Assembly: GCA_964373695.1 (NCBI GenBank)
Contig: CAYJVT010000027.1
Coordinates: 1-10,316, forward strand
DNA length: 10,316 nt
DNA from: an uncultured archaeon
GTDB lineage: Archaea; Aenigmatarchaeota; Aenigmatarchaeia; GW2011-AR5
Direction: 5' to 3'
A program made the translations under genes and the position numbers. Below, in pieces: positions 1-7,258 of this stretch (positions within the stretch are counted from its first letter, which is position 1; the number at the start of each line of letters is the position of its first letter). The notes below the pieces were generated by a model. The model did not search any database, was not told the origin of the DNA, and saw nothing but the letters and a program-made list of their open reading frames with translations.

Positions 1-95
1 TACACGCGGCCTACAATGCGTAGGACAATGGGATGCAACACCGTAAGGTGAAGCCAATCTCCTAAACCTGCGCCCAGTTCGGATCGAGGGCTGCA

Positions 96-146
96 AGATT
101 GCTAACGAACAACTATGATTATAGCAAAGCGATAGTAATCCAGCAA
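96..146 (+). other. 51-nt BHB intron in 16S rRNA (after ~A1318, h42 loop)
   Basis: Central helix GCTG 90-93/CAGC 141-144; bulges CAA 94-96 and AAA 145-147; inner stem GATTGCTA/TAGTAATC. Cutting after the 2nd nt of each bulge restores GGGCTGCA|ACTCGCCC. Confidence 0.93.
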
Positions 147-191
147 ACTCGCCCTCGTGAAGCCGGAATCCCTAGTAAGCGAAGGTCATCA

Positions 192-438
192 ATGCTGCGA
201 ATTCTTAGATGACTATCTGCAGAAAACGAAGTTTTCTGAGATTCTCAAAAACCTTCGGTTTTTTGCAGAATTTGGCGTCATGAAAAACAGAAACAGATGA
301 TTGAAGAGTATGGGCGGCTAGCGAAATAAGCAAAAACGCTCTGCGTTTGGTTTGTTTCATATGCTAGCAACGGTTTGACTCTGATGTTTCGAAATTTCAT
401 GCAAGCAGCACGATGATTTGTTTTCGCAGCACGTGAAA
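192..438 (+). other. 247-nt ORF-less BHB-type intron in 16S rRNA (after ~1363, h43 loop)
   Basis: Inner stem TGCTGCGA 193-200/TCGCAGCA 424-431; central helix TCAT 186-189/GTGA 433-436 with one extra C432 (relaxed BHB); bulges CAA and AAT; h43 stem as outer helix. Splicing gives GCGAAGGTCATCA|TCTTTCGCTGAAT. Confidence 0.9.
216..269 (+). repeat. Hairpin family A, inverted doublet inside the 16S intron
   Basis: TCTGCAGAAAAC-GAA-GTTTTCTGAGA (216-241), then T, then the reverse complement of TCTGCAAAAAACC-GAA-GGTTTTTGAGA (243-269). Confidence 0.8.
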
Positions 439-446
439 TCTTTCGC

Positions 447-484
<38 letters not shown>

Positions 485-555
485 GCCATCCGAATGAGGT
501 TTTGGTGAGGTCTGTGATGAGCAGCTCGAACCAAATCTTTGTAAGGAGGGCTAAG

Positions 556-586
556 AGATTAACGGCTGCGGCCGTTTTTCGAGCAA
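556..586 (+). other. 31-nt BHB intron in the 16S decoding region (between ~G1494 and U1495)
   Basis: Interrupts CTAAG|TCGTAACAAGG. Central helix GCTA 550-553/GAGC 581-584 (one A.G mismatch); bulges AGA and AAT; inner hairpin GATTAACGGC-TGCG-GCCGTTTTTC. Confidence 0.9.
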
Positions 587-651
587 TCGTAACAAGGTAG
601 CCGTACGGGAACGTGCGGCTGGATCACCTCCTATATTTTTTCAACTCAAAG

Positions 652-679
652 GATTGGCGCATTTCATGCGCCGGTCTGC
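652..679 (+). repeat. Hairpin family B copy, just downstream of 16S
   Basis: GATT-GGCGCAT-TTC-ATGCGCC-GGTCTGC; aligns to 8523-8550 with compensatory stem changes. Confidence 0.7.
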
Positions 680-804
680 AAGGTTGGAAAAATCATCGAC
701 TTCGTGTGCCGTCAGTTACCTTACTGACGTCCTGATAGGTGCCAAATTGCGGAAGCCGAGGCTTCCGTCCGCTCAAGCGGCTCGCGCTTTCCATTCTGAT
801 ATTT

Positions 805-1980
805 ATGGATTTCAACAAGGCGTCTTTAGACGCCCACAGGGAAAAGAAGGGCAAGATAGAAATAGTGCCGAAGATGCGCGCCACCGACAGGGAATCTCTT
901 TCTATTGCCTACACTCCAGGAGTTGCCGCGGTCAGCAGGGCGATAGCGGCCGACAGGAAGGCTGTCTGGGACTATACGATAAAGCAGAACACGATAGCGG
1001 TCGTCACCGACGGCTCTGCAGTGCTCGGCTTAGGAAACGTAGGAGCAGAGGCCGCGCTGCCTGTGATGGAAGGAAAATGCATGATTTTCAAGGAAATGGC
1101 GGGCGTGGACGCGTTTCCAATATGCCTGGCGACGCAGGACGCCGGCGAGATAATATCCATCGTCAGGAACATGGCGCCGACATTCGGAGGCATAAACCTG
1201 GAGGACATAGCGGCGCCGAAGTGCTTCGAGATAGAGGCGGCCCTGCAGGACCTTGGCATACCAGTGATGCATGACGACCAGCACGCCACCTCAATAGTGA
1301 TACAGGCCGCGCTGCAGAACGCTGCCGGCATTGTCGGAAAGAGGATAGAGGAGCTGAAAGTCGTCATAAACGGCGCCGGAGCGGCCGGCATATCGACTGC
1401 ACGCATGCTCAAATGCATAAACATTGACAACAGCGTCTGCACATCGGTTGCGGACATAATAGTTTGCGACAGCAAAGGCACACTCCACAAAGGCAGGAAT
1501 GGCATGAACGTATACAAGCAGGATATCGCCAGGTATACGAACAGGAATATAGTGAAGGGCGGTCTAGCCGAAGCAGTGAAGGATGCAGACGTCTTCATAG
1601 GACTTTCGGCCGCCGGAGCGCTTACCAAGGAGATGGTGAAGAGTATGGCGGACGGGCCGATAATATTCGCGATGGCCAACCCCGTGCCGGAGATAATGCC
1701 ACAGGATGCGCTGGACGCCGGAGCTGCCATAGTCGGTACAGGCCGGAGCGACTTCCCGAACCAGATAAACAATGTGCTCGCTTTTCCCGGTATCTTCAGA
1801 GGGGCGCTCGACGCCAAGGCGACCAGGATAACGGAAGAAATGAAGATAGCGGCGGCTCACGCTCTTGCGAGAGCCGTGAAGCCTGCCAAAGACAAGATAC
1901 TGCCGCATGCGACCGACAAAGGGTATGTGAAGGATATAGCGGATGCGGTCATGAAGGCCGCGACAGATGTAAGAGATTAA
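805..1980 (+). CDS. mae: NAD(P)-dependent malic enzyme (short, unfused type), 391 aa
   Basis: Motifs AYTPGVA, VVTDGSAVLGLG, MEGK, INLEDI, HDDQH, INGAGAAG (Rossmann), FAMANP, TGRSDFPNQINN. Start placed at ATG 805 rather than GTG 739 because the 22-aa extension lies in hairpin-rich spacer. Confidence 0.96.
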   Translation: MDFNKASLDAHREKKGKIEIVPKMRATDRESLSIAYTPGVAAVSRAIAADRKAVWDYTIKQNTIAVVTDGSAVLGLGNVGAEAALPVMEGKCMIFKEMAGVDAFPICLATQDAGEIISIVRNMAPTFGGINLEDIAAPKCFEIEAALQDLGIPVMHDDQHATSIVIQAALQNAAGIVGKRIEELKVVINGAGAAGISTARMLKCINIDNSVCTSVADIIVCDSKGTLHKGRNGMNVYKQDIARYTNRNIVKGGLAEAVKDADVFIGLSAAGALTKEMVKSMADGPIIFAMANPVPEIMPQDALDAGAAIVGTGRSDFPNQINNVLAFPGIFRGALDAKATRITEEMKIAAAHALARAVKPAKDKILPHATDKGYVKDIADAVMKAATDVRD

Positions 1981-2051
1981 AATATTCAACCAAAATAATT
2001 ACAGTGATTTGAATGAATAGGGGTTCGAGAGATTTTTTTGAGGTGGTCAAA

Positions 2052-2438
2052 ATGAAAACATTGAGACAGACAGTGATTTTCAAGGCAAGTCCAAAGATCG
2101 TATACAATATGCTGATGGACTCCAAGAAGCACTCGGCATTCACCGGCGCGCCGGCGAAGATAAGCAAAAGAGTTGGCGGCAAAATCATCGCCTATGACGG
2201 CTACGTAGAAGGCAAGAATCTGGAGCTGAAAGATGGCAAGAAAATAGTCCAGAAATGGCGCGGCTCCGAATGGCCAAAGGGGCATTTCTCAACCGCGACC
2301 TTTGTTCTCGAGAAATCCGGCAGCGGAACAAAACTTATCTTTATCCAAGAAGGCGTTCCGGAAGACAGCTATGCCATGATAAGCAAAGGCTGGAAGGAAC
2401 ATTACTGGGACAAGATGAAGAAAATTCTTGAGAAATGA
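2052..2438 (+). CDS. SRPBCC/AHSA1 (activator of Hsp90 ATPase homolog 1-like) domain protein, 128 aa
   Basis: Pattern ASPKIVYNML.D...HSAFTG...VGG...YDG..G..LEL..GKKIVQKWR..EW...ST.TF.LE..G.GTKL...QEGVP......GW..HYW. SD GAGGTGG at 2040-2046 supports ATG 2052. Confidence 0.9.
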   Translation: MKTLRQTVIFKASPKIVYNMLMDSKKHSAFTGAPAKISKRVGGKIIAYDGYVEGKNLELKDGKKIVQKWRGSEWPKGHFSTATFVLEKSGSGTKLIFIQEGVPEDSYAMISKGWKEHYWDKMKKILEK

Positions 2439-2452
2439 CGATTTTTGACGAA

Positions 2453-2459
2453 TTTAAAT
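2453..2459 (+). promoter_or_regulatory. Putative TATA box for tRNA-Ala
   Basis: TTTAAAT 25-31 nt upstream of the tRNA 5' end, in AT-rich context. Confidence 0.5.
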
Positions 2460-2520
2460 CATTAAAAAATAATTTCTCACTACGGGCCGATAGATCAATT
2501 GGAAGATCGCTTGCTTTGCA

Positions 2521-2615
2521 CGAACTTTTTGGAAAAATCTGCAAAGAACGAAAGTTCTTTGAGATATTGAAGGAACTGGTTCCTTCAAAGAAGTTCGACC
2601 AAAAATTTCCGAACT
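2521..2615 (+). other. 95-nt BHB intron of tRNA-Ala, canonical position 37/38
   Basis: Central helix TTTG 2515-2518/CGAA 2610-2613; bulges CAC 2519-2521 and CTA 2614-2616; inner stem GAA.TTTTTGG/CCAAAAA.TTC. Confidence 0.95.
2538..2591 (+). repeat. Hairpin family A copy plus degenerate inverted partner in the tRNA intron
   Basis: TCTGCAAAGAAC-GAAA-GTTCTTTGAGA (2538-2564), then the hairpin TTGAAGGAAC-TG-GTTCCTTCAA (2567-2588) with a similar AAGGAAC/GTTCCTT stem. Confidence 0.7.
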
Positions 2616-2658
2616 AGCAAGAGGCTGGGGGTTCGAGTCCCCCTCGGTCCACCTAACC

Positions 2659-2666
2659 TTTATAAG
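2659..2666 (+). promoter_or_regulatory. Putative TATA box driving 23S pre-rRNA
   Basis: TTTATAAG immediately after the tRNA, followed by an AT-rich proximal element; implies a start near 2690. Confidence 0.6.
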
Positions 2667-2811
2667 CTTTTTTGTATCTATTCTATAATAGCTGTTCGTG
2701 GGGTCAGAAATCCCGCAGGTTCTTTACTCAGCATGAAAGTGCTGTTAGGCAGGAATTACAGGCTGTTCAGAGTCGGCAATGTATCGTGAGAGAATGCGTT
2801 GCTTGTGGCAA

Positions 2812-2838
2812 TCTGCAAAAAACGAAGCTTTTTGCAGA
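2812..2838 (+). repeat. Hairpin family A copy in the 23S leader
   Basis: TCTGCAAAAAAC-GAA-GCTTTTTGCAGA. Confidence 0.75.
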
Positions 2839-3000
2839 AATGTAGTTCGGTCATTATATGTTGCTGGTTCTGTTTAGCTTGGTGAAACAACCCATTCGTG
2901 CCGTCCTTGAGGAAGCACGGCTTCCTTGAGCAAGTCGCACCCAGGCAGCGAACGCTGTTCTGGCGAAGTGCTAAGAAAGGGCGCTTGCCTAATCACGCCC

Positions 3001-3018
3001 AGTATTCTGATGATGCAA
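3001..3018 (+). other. 5' arm of probable 23S processing stem (pairs with 9097-9115)
   Basis: AGTATTC/GAATACT and TGATGCAA/TTGCATTG long-range complementarity flanking the 23S. No clean BHB could be drawn. Confidence 0.5.
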
Positions 3019-3089
3019 TTACAGGTCCGGAACAAAGATAGTTAGCTCCCATGCTATCTGGCGGATGGCTTGGCTCGATTGGCGACGAA

Positions 3090-3152
3090 AAAGAATTAAC
3101 CCAAGACTGAAATTGTTGAATTTCTGAGGAATATGGGCTAATTCTTCGTCAT
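3090..3152 (+). other. 63-nt BHB intron in 23S (after ~A53)
   Basis: Central helix GACG 3084-3087/CGTC 3147-3150; bulges AAA and ATG; inner stem AAGAATTA/TAATTCTT. Splicing restores GGCGACGAA|GGTCGTGG. Confidence 0.94.
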
Positions 3153-3830
3153 GGTCGTGGCAAGCTGCGAAAAGCCCCGGGAAGACGCATGCAGTCTTCG
3201 AACCGGGGATTGCCGAATGGGACATCCCATTAATTCGCGACGCAAGTTGCGAAGGCGAACGCCCAGAATCAAAGCATTCTAGTAAGGGCAGGAAAAGAAA
3301 GCAAAAGCGATTCCCTTAGTAACGGCGAGTAAAAAGGGAACAGAACAAACCGAAGCTCCGCAGAAATGCGGCAGCAATGTGGTGTTTGGACCCGGGCTTG
3401 GCTTAACCCGCGCATCCGAAGTCTTCTGGAAAGAAGCGCATTACAGAGTGACAGCCTCGTAGGAGAAGGCGGGAAAGTTGATACCGGGTATCCAGAGTAT
3501 GGTTCCTTGGATTTGGAGCCAGAATACGGGTCGCATCTAGACCTAATTCTAAATACTGAATCGAGTCCGATAGCGTATTAGTAAGGCGACTGAACGTTGA
3601 AAAGTAGCCGTAAAAGGCGTTGAAAAGAGTCTGAACCCAGGTAGCTATAGTTAGTCGGGTAAGGCCGCCGCAAGGCGGAAGAATCCGACGTACGTTTTGA
3701 AAAACGTGGCAGGGAGTTTTTTCTCGTGGCAAGGCTAACCCTTCTGGGGGCAGCCGTAGCGAAAGCGATTGCGCGCAGGCAACAAGGCGCACCGTGCGAA
3801 AACGCGGAAGTCACGGGATAAAGACCCGAA

Positions 3831-4655
3831 AACTTGGGAGTGAGTAGAGGTTTGTTGAAAATAACCACTTTTCACGCGCTCTTGGCAAAGAGGTATTAAA
3901 GTGAAAAGCAAATGTTCCTATGCAAAACAGAGAAATTCTTTTGTCAAGATTGATAGGATTGCTCCTAACAGATGGCAGCCTGTATCAGAATAAAAAAATA
4001 AAAGGCTGGAGAATTTCCTTTATTTCCAGTTCAGAAGAACTTGTTTTCGAATTTGAAAGATTGGCTTTTGATTTGTTCAACATCAAATTCAAGAAAAGTT
4101 TTTATAAAGGTGCATTTGAAGTAAAGCATTCTATAAAAAAAGAATTTGTAGAAGAACTGGTAAGATATTCTCCAACATACAGAACACTTTCCAAAGAAGG
4201 CAAGGAAACAGAAGCACGAATACCAGAATTTATATGGCATCAACCGGTTCTTTCAAGAGAATTTCTCAAATATGCATTCACAGGAGATGGAACAATAATC
4301 CTCAATATAGGAAAAGCAAAATACGGCTTTAGGTTTGACAGGTGTGTAAAATTATATTGCAAACATACAAGTCTTCGAAAGCAATATTTTGAGCTTCTGA
4401 AAAAACTGAATTTTGAGCCTGTTATGCTAAAAGATTCAGTCTTATTGAGAAAACAAGAAAATATGACAAAATTTTCACAAGAAATAGGTTTTGTAGAAGG
4501 CGTTGAGATTTCAGGAAATGGCTTATGGAAAGGAATAATGAAATCAAATCTCCTGAAATTCACATCAAACTCGTATAGTCTGAAGCCTAAAATGCTAGGA
4601 AAAACAAAAGATGATATTCATACAAACCTTGTAAACCTCATTCCCAAGTCGGGCG
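3831..4655 (+). mobile_element. 825-nt BHB intron in 23S (after ~A676) encoding a homing endonuclease
   Basis: Central helix CCCG 3825-3828/CGGG 4650-4653; bulges AAA and CGA; 13-bp inner stem 3832-3844/4637-4649. Splicing restores GACCCGAA|ACCAGATGATCTAG. Confidence 0.95.
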
Positions 4656-4669
4656 ACCAGATGATCTAG
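3920..4669 (+). CDS. Double-motif LAGLIDADG homing endonuclease (intron-encoded)
   Basis: Motif 1 LIGLLLTDGSL; motif 2 FLKYAFTGDGTI, preceded by the typical IPEFI linker; AT-rich and Lys-rich. The ORF runs past the 3' splice site. Confidence 0.92.
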   Translation: MQNREILLSRLIGLLLTDGSLYQNKKIKGWRISFISSSEELVFEFERLAFDLFNIKFKKSFYKGAFEVKHSIKKEFVEELVRYSPTYRTLSKEGKETEARIPEFIWHQPVLSREFLKYAFTGDGTIILNIGKAKYGFRFDRCVKLYCKHTSLRKQYFELLKKLNFEPVMLKDSVLLRKQENMTKFSQEIGFVEGVEISGNGLWKGIMKSNLLKFTSNSYSLKPKMLGKTKDDIHTNLVNLIPKSGDQMI

Positions 4670-4730
4670 TCCTTGGCAGAGTGAAGCTTTGCGAAAGCAG
4701 AGTGGAGGCTCGATACCGGTTATGGTACAA

Positions 4731-4825
4731 TTTTAGTAAGAGCCATATTAGCGTCAACTAGTGAATCTCAAATAGCAATCTACATTTACTGGACGAGGTC
4801 ACAGATGTTTTTACTAGAAGTACAA
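4731..4825 (+). other. 95-nt BHB-type intron in the 23S H35 loop (~752-754)
   Basis: Central helix GTAC 4725-4728/GTAC 4820-4823; inner stem TTTTAGTAA/TTACTAGAA; 3' bulge AAA; the 5' bulge is relaxed. Removal restores GGTT-ATGGTACA-AACC. GTACAA flanks both ends, so the junction is sequence-ambiguous. Confidence 0.85.
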
Positions 4826-5687
4826 ACCTTTCGGGTGACCTAGGACTAGGGGTGAAAAGCCAATCGAATCTGGTAATAGCTGGTTCCTCTCGAGATGCAT
4901 CTAAGTGCAGCCTCGGCGAGTTCGGCTGGTGGGGTAGAGCACTGATTAAACAGCCAAGGGGAGAGATCCCCAACTGTTTTGTCAAACTCCGAATCCATTA
5001 GCATAATCGCCGGGAGTGAGGGTATCTGGAGTAATTTTGATATCCGAAAGGGAAAGAACCCAGACTGCAGTTAAGGTCCCTTAGTGCTGATTAAGTGTAT
5101 CGAAAGCGGTCTAAAACTTTAGACAGTGGGAAGGTTGGCTTAGAAGCAGCCATCCTTTAAACAACGCGTAATAGCGGACCCACCGAAGTTTTGGGCGCTA
5201 AAAATGGACGGGGCTAAATCAGCCACCGATACTGCGGACGTACTGCTTGCAGTGCGTGATAGAGAGGCGTCCTGCGTGGGCAGAAGCGTCCCCGTAAGGG
5301 GGCGTGGACCGCGCAGAAATGAAGATCCTGCCGGGAGTAGCATACGAGTCAGGCGAAAATCCTGACCGCCTGAGGGGCAAGGGTTCCCCAGTAAAGCTTA
5401 TCTGCTGGGGGTAAGTCGATCCTAACCGATGTCTTAGGAAGAGCATCGGGAATCAGGGAATGGAGTTAATATTCTCCAACCTGACAATGCGTTCTGTATC
5501 TTGGACGCTTCGGGATAACTCAAGCACGATTGTCTTCGTGTCTAAGTACTTAATCCGAGGGAGTGCTGTAATGGCGAGAACTTGGAGAATGTACGAATGG
5601 CCTGGTGTATGCCGGGTTTGGGCGATTCCTGGAGCCCGTGAAAACTTAATGCAGGCATAGCATTGTCTGATCGTACTCAGAACCGAC

Positions 5688-6095
5688 AAAGGCGAGGCTT
5701 CAACACAGAAATCTATGAATATCGAGGCGTACCTAGAGTCGACTACGAAACTGTCGATTTTTGAATATGCTGATGAGATAGACAAGGATTTTAGAGAACA
5801 AACAAGAGCAACAGGAATTTTGTTACCACAAAAATTCAATGAGAATTTGTTGAAAATAATAAAGATGAATGAGACAAATTTTCAAGAATTCTCGAAATCT
5901 TTTGGGTATACAGACAAACAATTTAGAATATGGAGAGAAGGCAAAGCTGCAATACCGCTTAAAGTATTGACAGAAATTTGGAAGAAAGCTGAAATAAATA
6001 TAGAAGACTTAGAAAAATATATTGAAAATTATTTTAGAGTTTTTGGCGTGGTCATTGACATAAAAAATATAGTTTGAAGTTCTCGTCTTCGGGAA
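5688..6095 (+). mobile_element. 408-nt BHB intron in 23S (after ~C1615) with an HTH-protein ORF
   Basis: Inner stem 5689-5703/6074-6089; central helix ACCG/CGGG (one A.G mismatch); bulges ACA and AAA. Splicing restores AACCGAC|ACAGGTGCCCC. Confidence 0.92.
5715..6077 (+). CDS. Intron-encoded 120-aa protein with an XRE/Cro-like helix-turn-helix; no LAGLIDADG motif
   Basis: NFQEFSKSFGYTDKQFRIWREGKAAIPLKVLTEIWKKAEINIEDL fits the HTH_XRE pattern. The uninterrupted ORF fills 363 of the 408 intron nt, with composition like the other intron ORFs. Confidence 0.75.
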   Translation: MNIEAYLESTTKLSIFEYADEIDKDFREQTRATGILLPQKFNENLLKIIKMNETNFQEFSKSFGYTDKQFRIWREGKAAIPLKVLTEIWKKAEINIEDLEKYIENYFRVFGVVIDIKNIV

Positions 6096-6114
6096 ACAGG
6101 TGCCCCTCGCTGAG

Positions 6115-6159
6115 ATTCGAAGAGCGGATGCTCTTGATTTTCCGTTCTTCGAACAGAAA
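6115..6159 (+). other. 45-nt BHB intron in 23S (after ~G1633)
   Basis: 13-bp inner stem 6116-6128/6141-6153; central helix GCTG/CAGA (one G.A mismatch); bulges AGA and AAA. Splicing restores CGCTGAG|AAGGCG. Confidence 0.92.
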
Positions 6160-6287
6160 AAGGCGAAGGTGTTCTGGAGAATCCACTTTAGGGAACTCGG
6201 CAAAATAGCCCGGTATCTTCGGTAGAACGGGTGCCTGCTTAGTGATAAGCAGGTCGCAGTGACAAGTTCCATCGGACTGTTTAACAA

Positions 6288-6375
6288 ACAGGAAGAGGTG
6301 TTGAAGAAAAACTGCTATAGCTACCGCTCGAAAGAGCCAGTCCGTAGCAGCATGTATCATCTCTCTCTGGTTGAT
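6288..6375 (+). other. 88-nt BHB intron in 23S (after ~A1784)
   Basis: Central helix TAAC 6282-6285/GTTG 6370-6373; bulges AAA and ATA; inner stem 6289-6300/6358-6369. Splicing restores CTGTTTAACAA|AAACGTAG. Confidence 0.93.
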
Positions 6376-6629
6376 AAACGTAGCCGGCTGCTAAATCGAA
6401 AGGTCTTGTATAGCCGGTGAGTCGTGGCCACTAGCGGTGTGTTAAAACTGGTTTCAACCGGTCTAAGCCCCGCTGTAGGCCGGCCCTAACTCTGAGGGTC
6501 TTAAGGTGAAATTTGTTGCCTTAGTAAAATTTGGCTGTATGCTGGAACGTCCAAAATTTTCAGGTCCTGAGAAAGGAACAACCCTGAAAGGATGTGGACA
6601 ATCAGCAGGAAACCGTGAGGTGAGAAACC

Positions 6630-7124
6630 ATGAAAATGCCGAAAATAAAATATAGAAATTATTACCTTCTTGGATTCACAGATGCAGAAGGCTGTTTCAG
6701 TATTTCTCTGAAAAGGGAAGATACAGCAAGATTTGGATGGGCTTTGGATCCCCTATTTCAAATAACACAGCATAAAACAAATAGAGAAATTCTAGAGATC
6801 TTTCAAAACGAACTAAATTGCGGCAGAATAATAGAAAAATCTGGACAACCAGATTTGTTATTATATCTTGTCGACAATCGAAGACAACTTGTTGAAAAAA
6901 TAATACCTTTTTTTGAGAGGAACAGACTGATGGCAAAATATAACGACTTTGATAAATTCAAGGGAGTTGTAGAAGGCCTTGAAAACAAACTGCATCACAA
7001 AAAAGACACTTTTATCAACTTAATCAGAAAGTGTTATGAAATGAATCTTGAAGGCAAACAAAGAAGATACAAGCTAGAAGAAGTCATTGAGGATATCAAA
7101 AAACGGAATCCCCAGAGACTATAA
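6630..7124 (+). CDS. Single-motif LAGLIDADG homing endonuclease (I-CreI/I-CpaI-like), 164 aa
   Basis: YLLGFTDAEGCFSISL, F.ITQH...EIL..F...LNCGRI, IIPFF; SD GAGGTGA at 6617-6623. The C-terminus overlaps the ribozyme R element. Confidence 0.96.
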   Translation: MKMPKIKYRNYYLLGFTDAEGCFSISLKREDTARFGWALDPLFQITQHKTNREILEIFQNELNCGRIIEKSGQPDLLLYLVDNRRQLVEKIIPFFERNRLMAKYNDFDKFKGVVEGLENKLHHKKDTFINLIRKCYEMNLEGKQRRYKLEEVIEDIKKRNPQRL

Positions 7125-7234
7125 GCCAAACACGAAGCAGAGCGATAGCATCACTGCTTTTGTGAAGATATAGTCCGAACCTTGCAGTAATGCAAGGAGA
7201 TTTACAGAAATGTAAATCCGCTTCAAAATAGTTC

Positions 7235-7258
7235 AACGCACTTATGTGCGTTGGTCTG
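7235..7258 (+). repeat. Hairpin family B copy in the P9 extension of the group I intron
   Basis: AACGCAC-TTAT-GTGCGTT-GGTCTG. Confidence 0.8.

Larger units (their letters stand above)
2484..2651 (+). tRNA. trnA: tRNA-Ala(UGC) with a 95-nt intron at 37/38; CCA not fully encoded
   Basis: Acceptor GGGCCGA/TCGGTCC with the G3:U70 Ala identity pair and discriminator A2651; D arm GATC/GATC; anticodon stem CTTGC/GCAAG with TGC at 2517-2519; T arm GGGGG-TTCGAGT-CCCCC. Confidence 0.97.

Noticed and set aside
334-354. AAACGC-TCT-GCGTTT-GGTTTG as a further family B copy, and TCTGCAAAGA (reverse strand, 8588-8597) as a family A fragment
   Set aside because: Too short or degenerate to count without a model-based search.
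654-2012. Alternative-frame and antisense ORFs over the malic enzyme (654-1274, 972-1817, 1464-2012, 1564-1989 and others)
   Set aside because: Shadow ORFs of a GC-rich gene with no recognisable domains.
2435-2617. 60-aa ORF overlapping the AHSA1 stop (ATGA)
   Set aside because: It runs through the tRNA-Ala 5' half and intron, and the tRNA structure fully explains the sequence.
3022-3032. CAGGTCCGGAA resembling SRP RNA helix 8
   Set aside because: The following GGAAGCAGC/GGGAGCAAC half is absent and the site abuts the 23S 5' end.
3103-3141. Short frame KTEIVEFLRNMG* in the 63-nt intron resembling an endonuclease remnant
   Set aside because: Twelve residues is too short to distinguish from chance.
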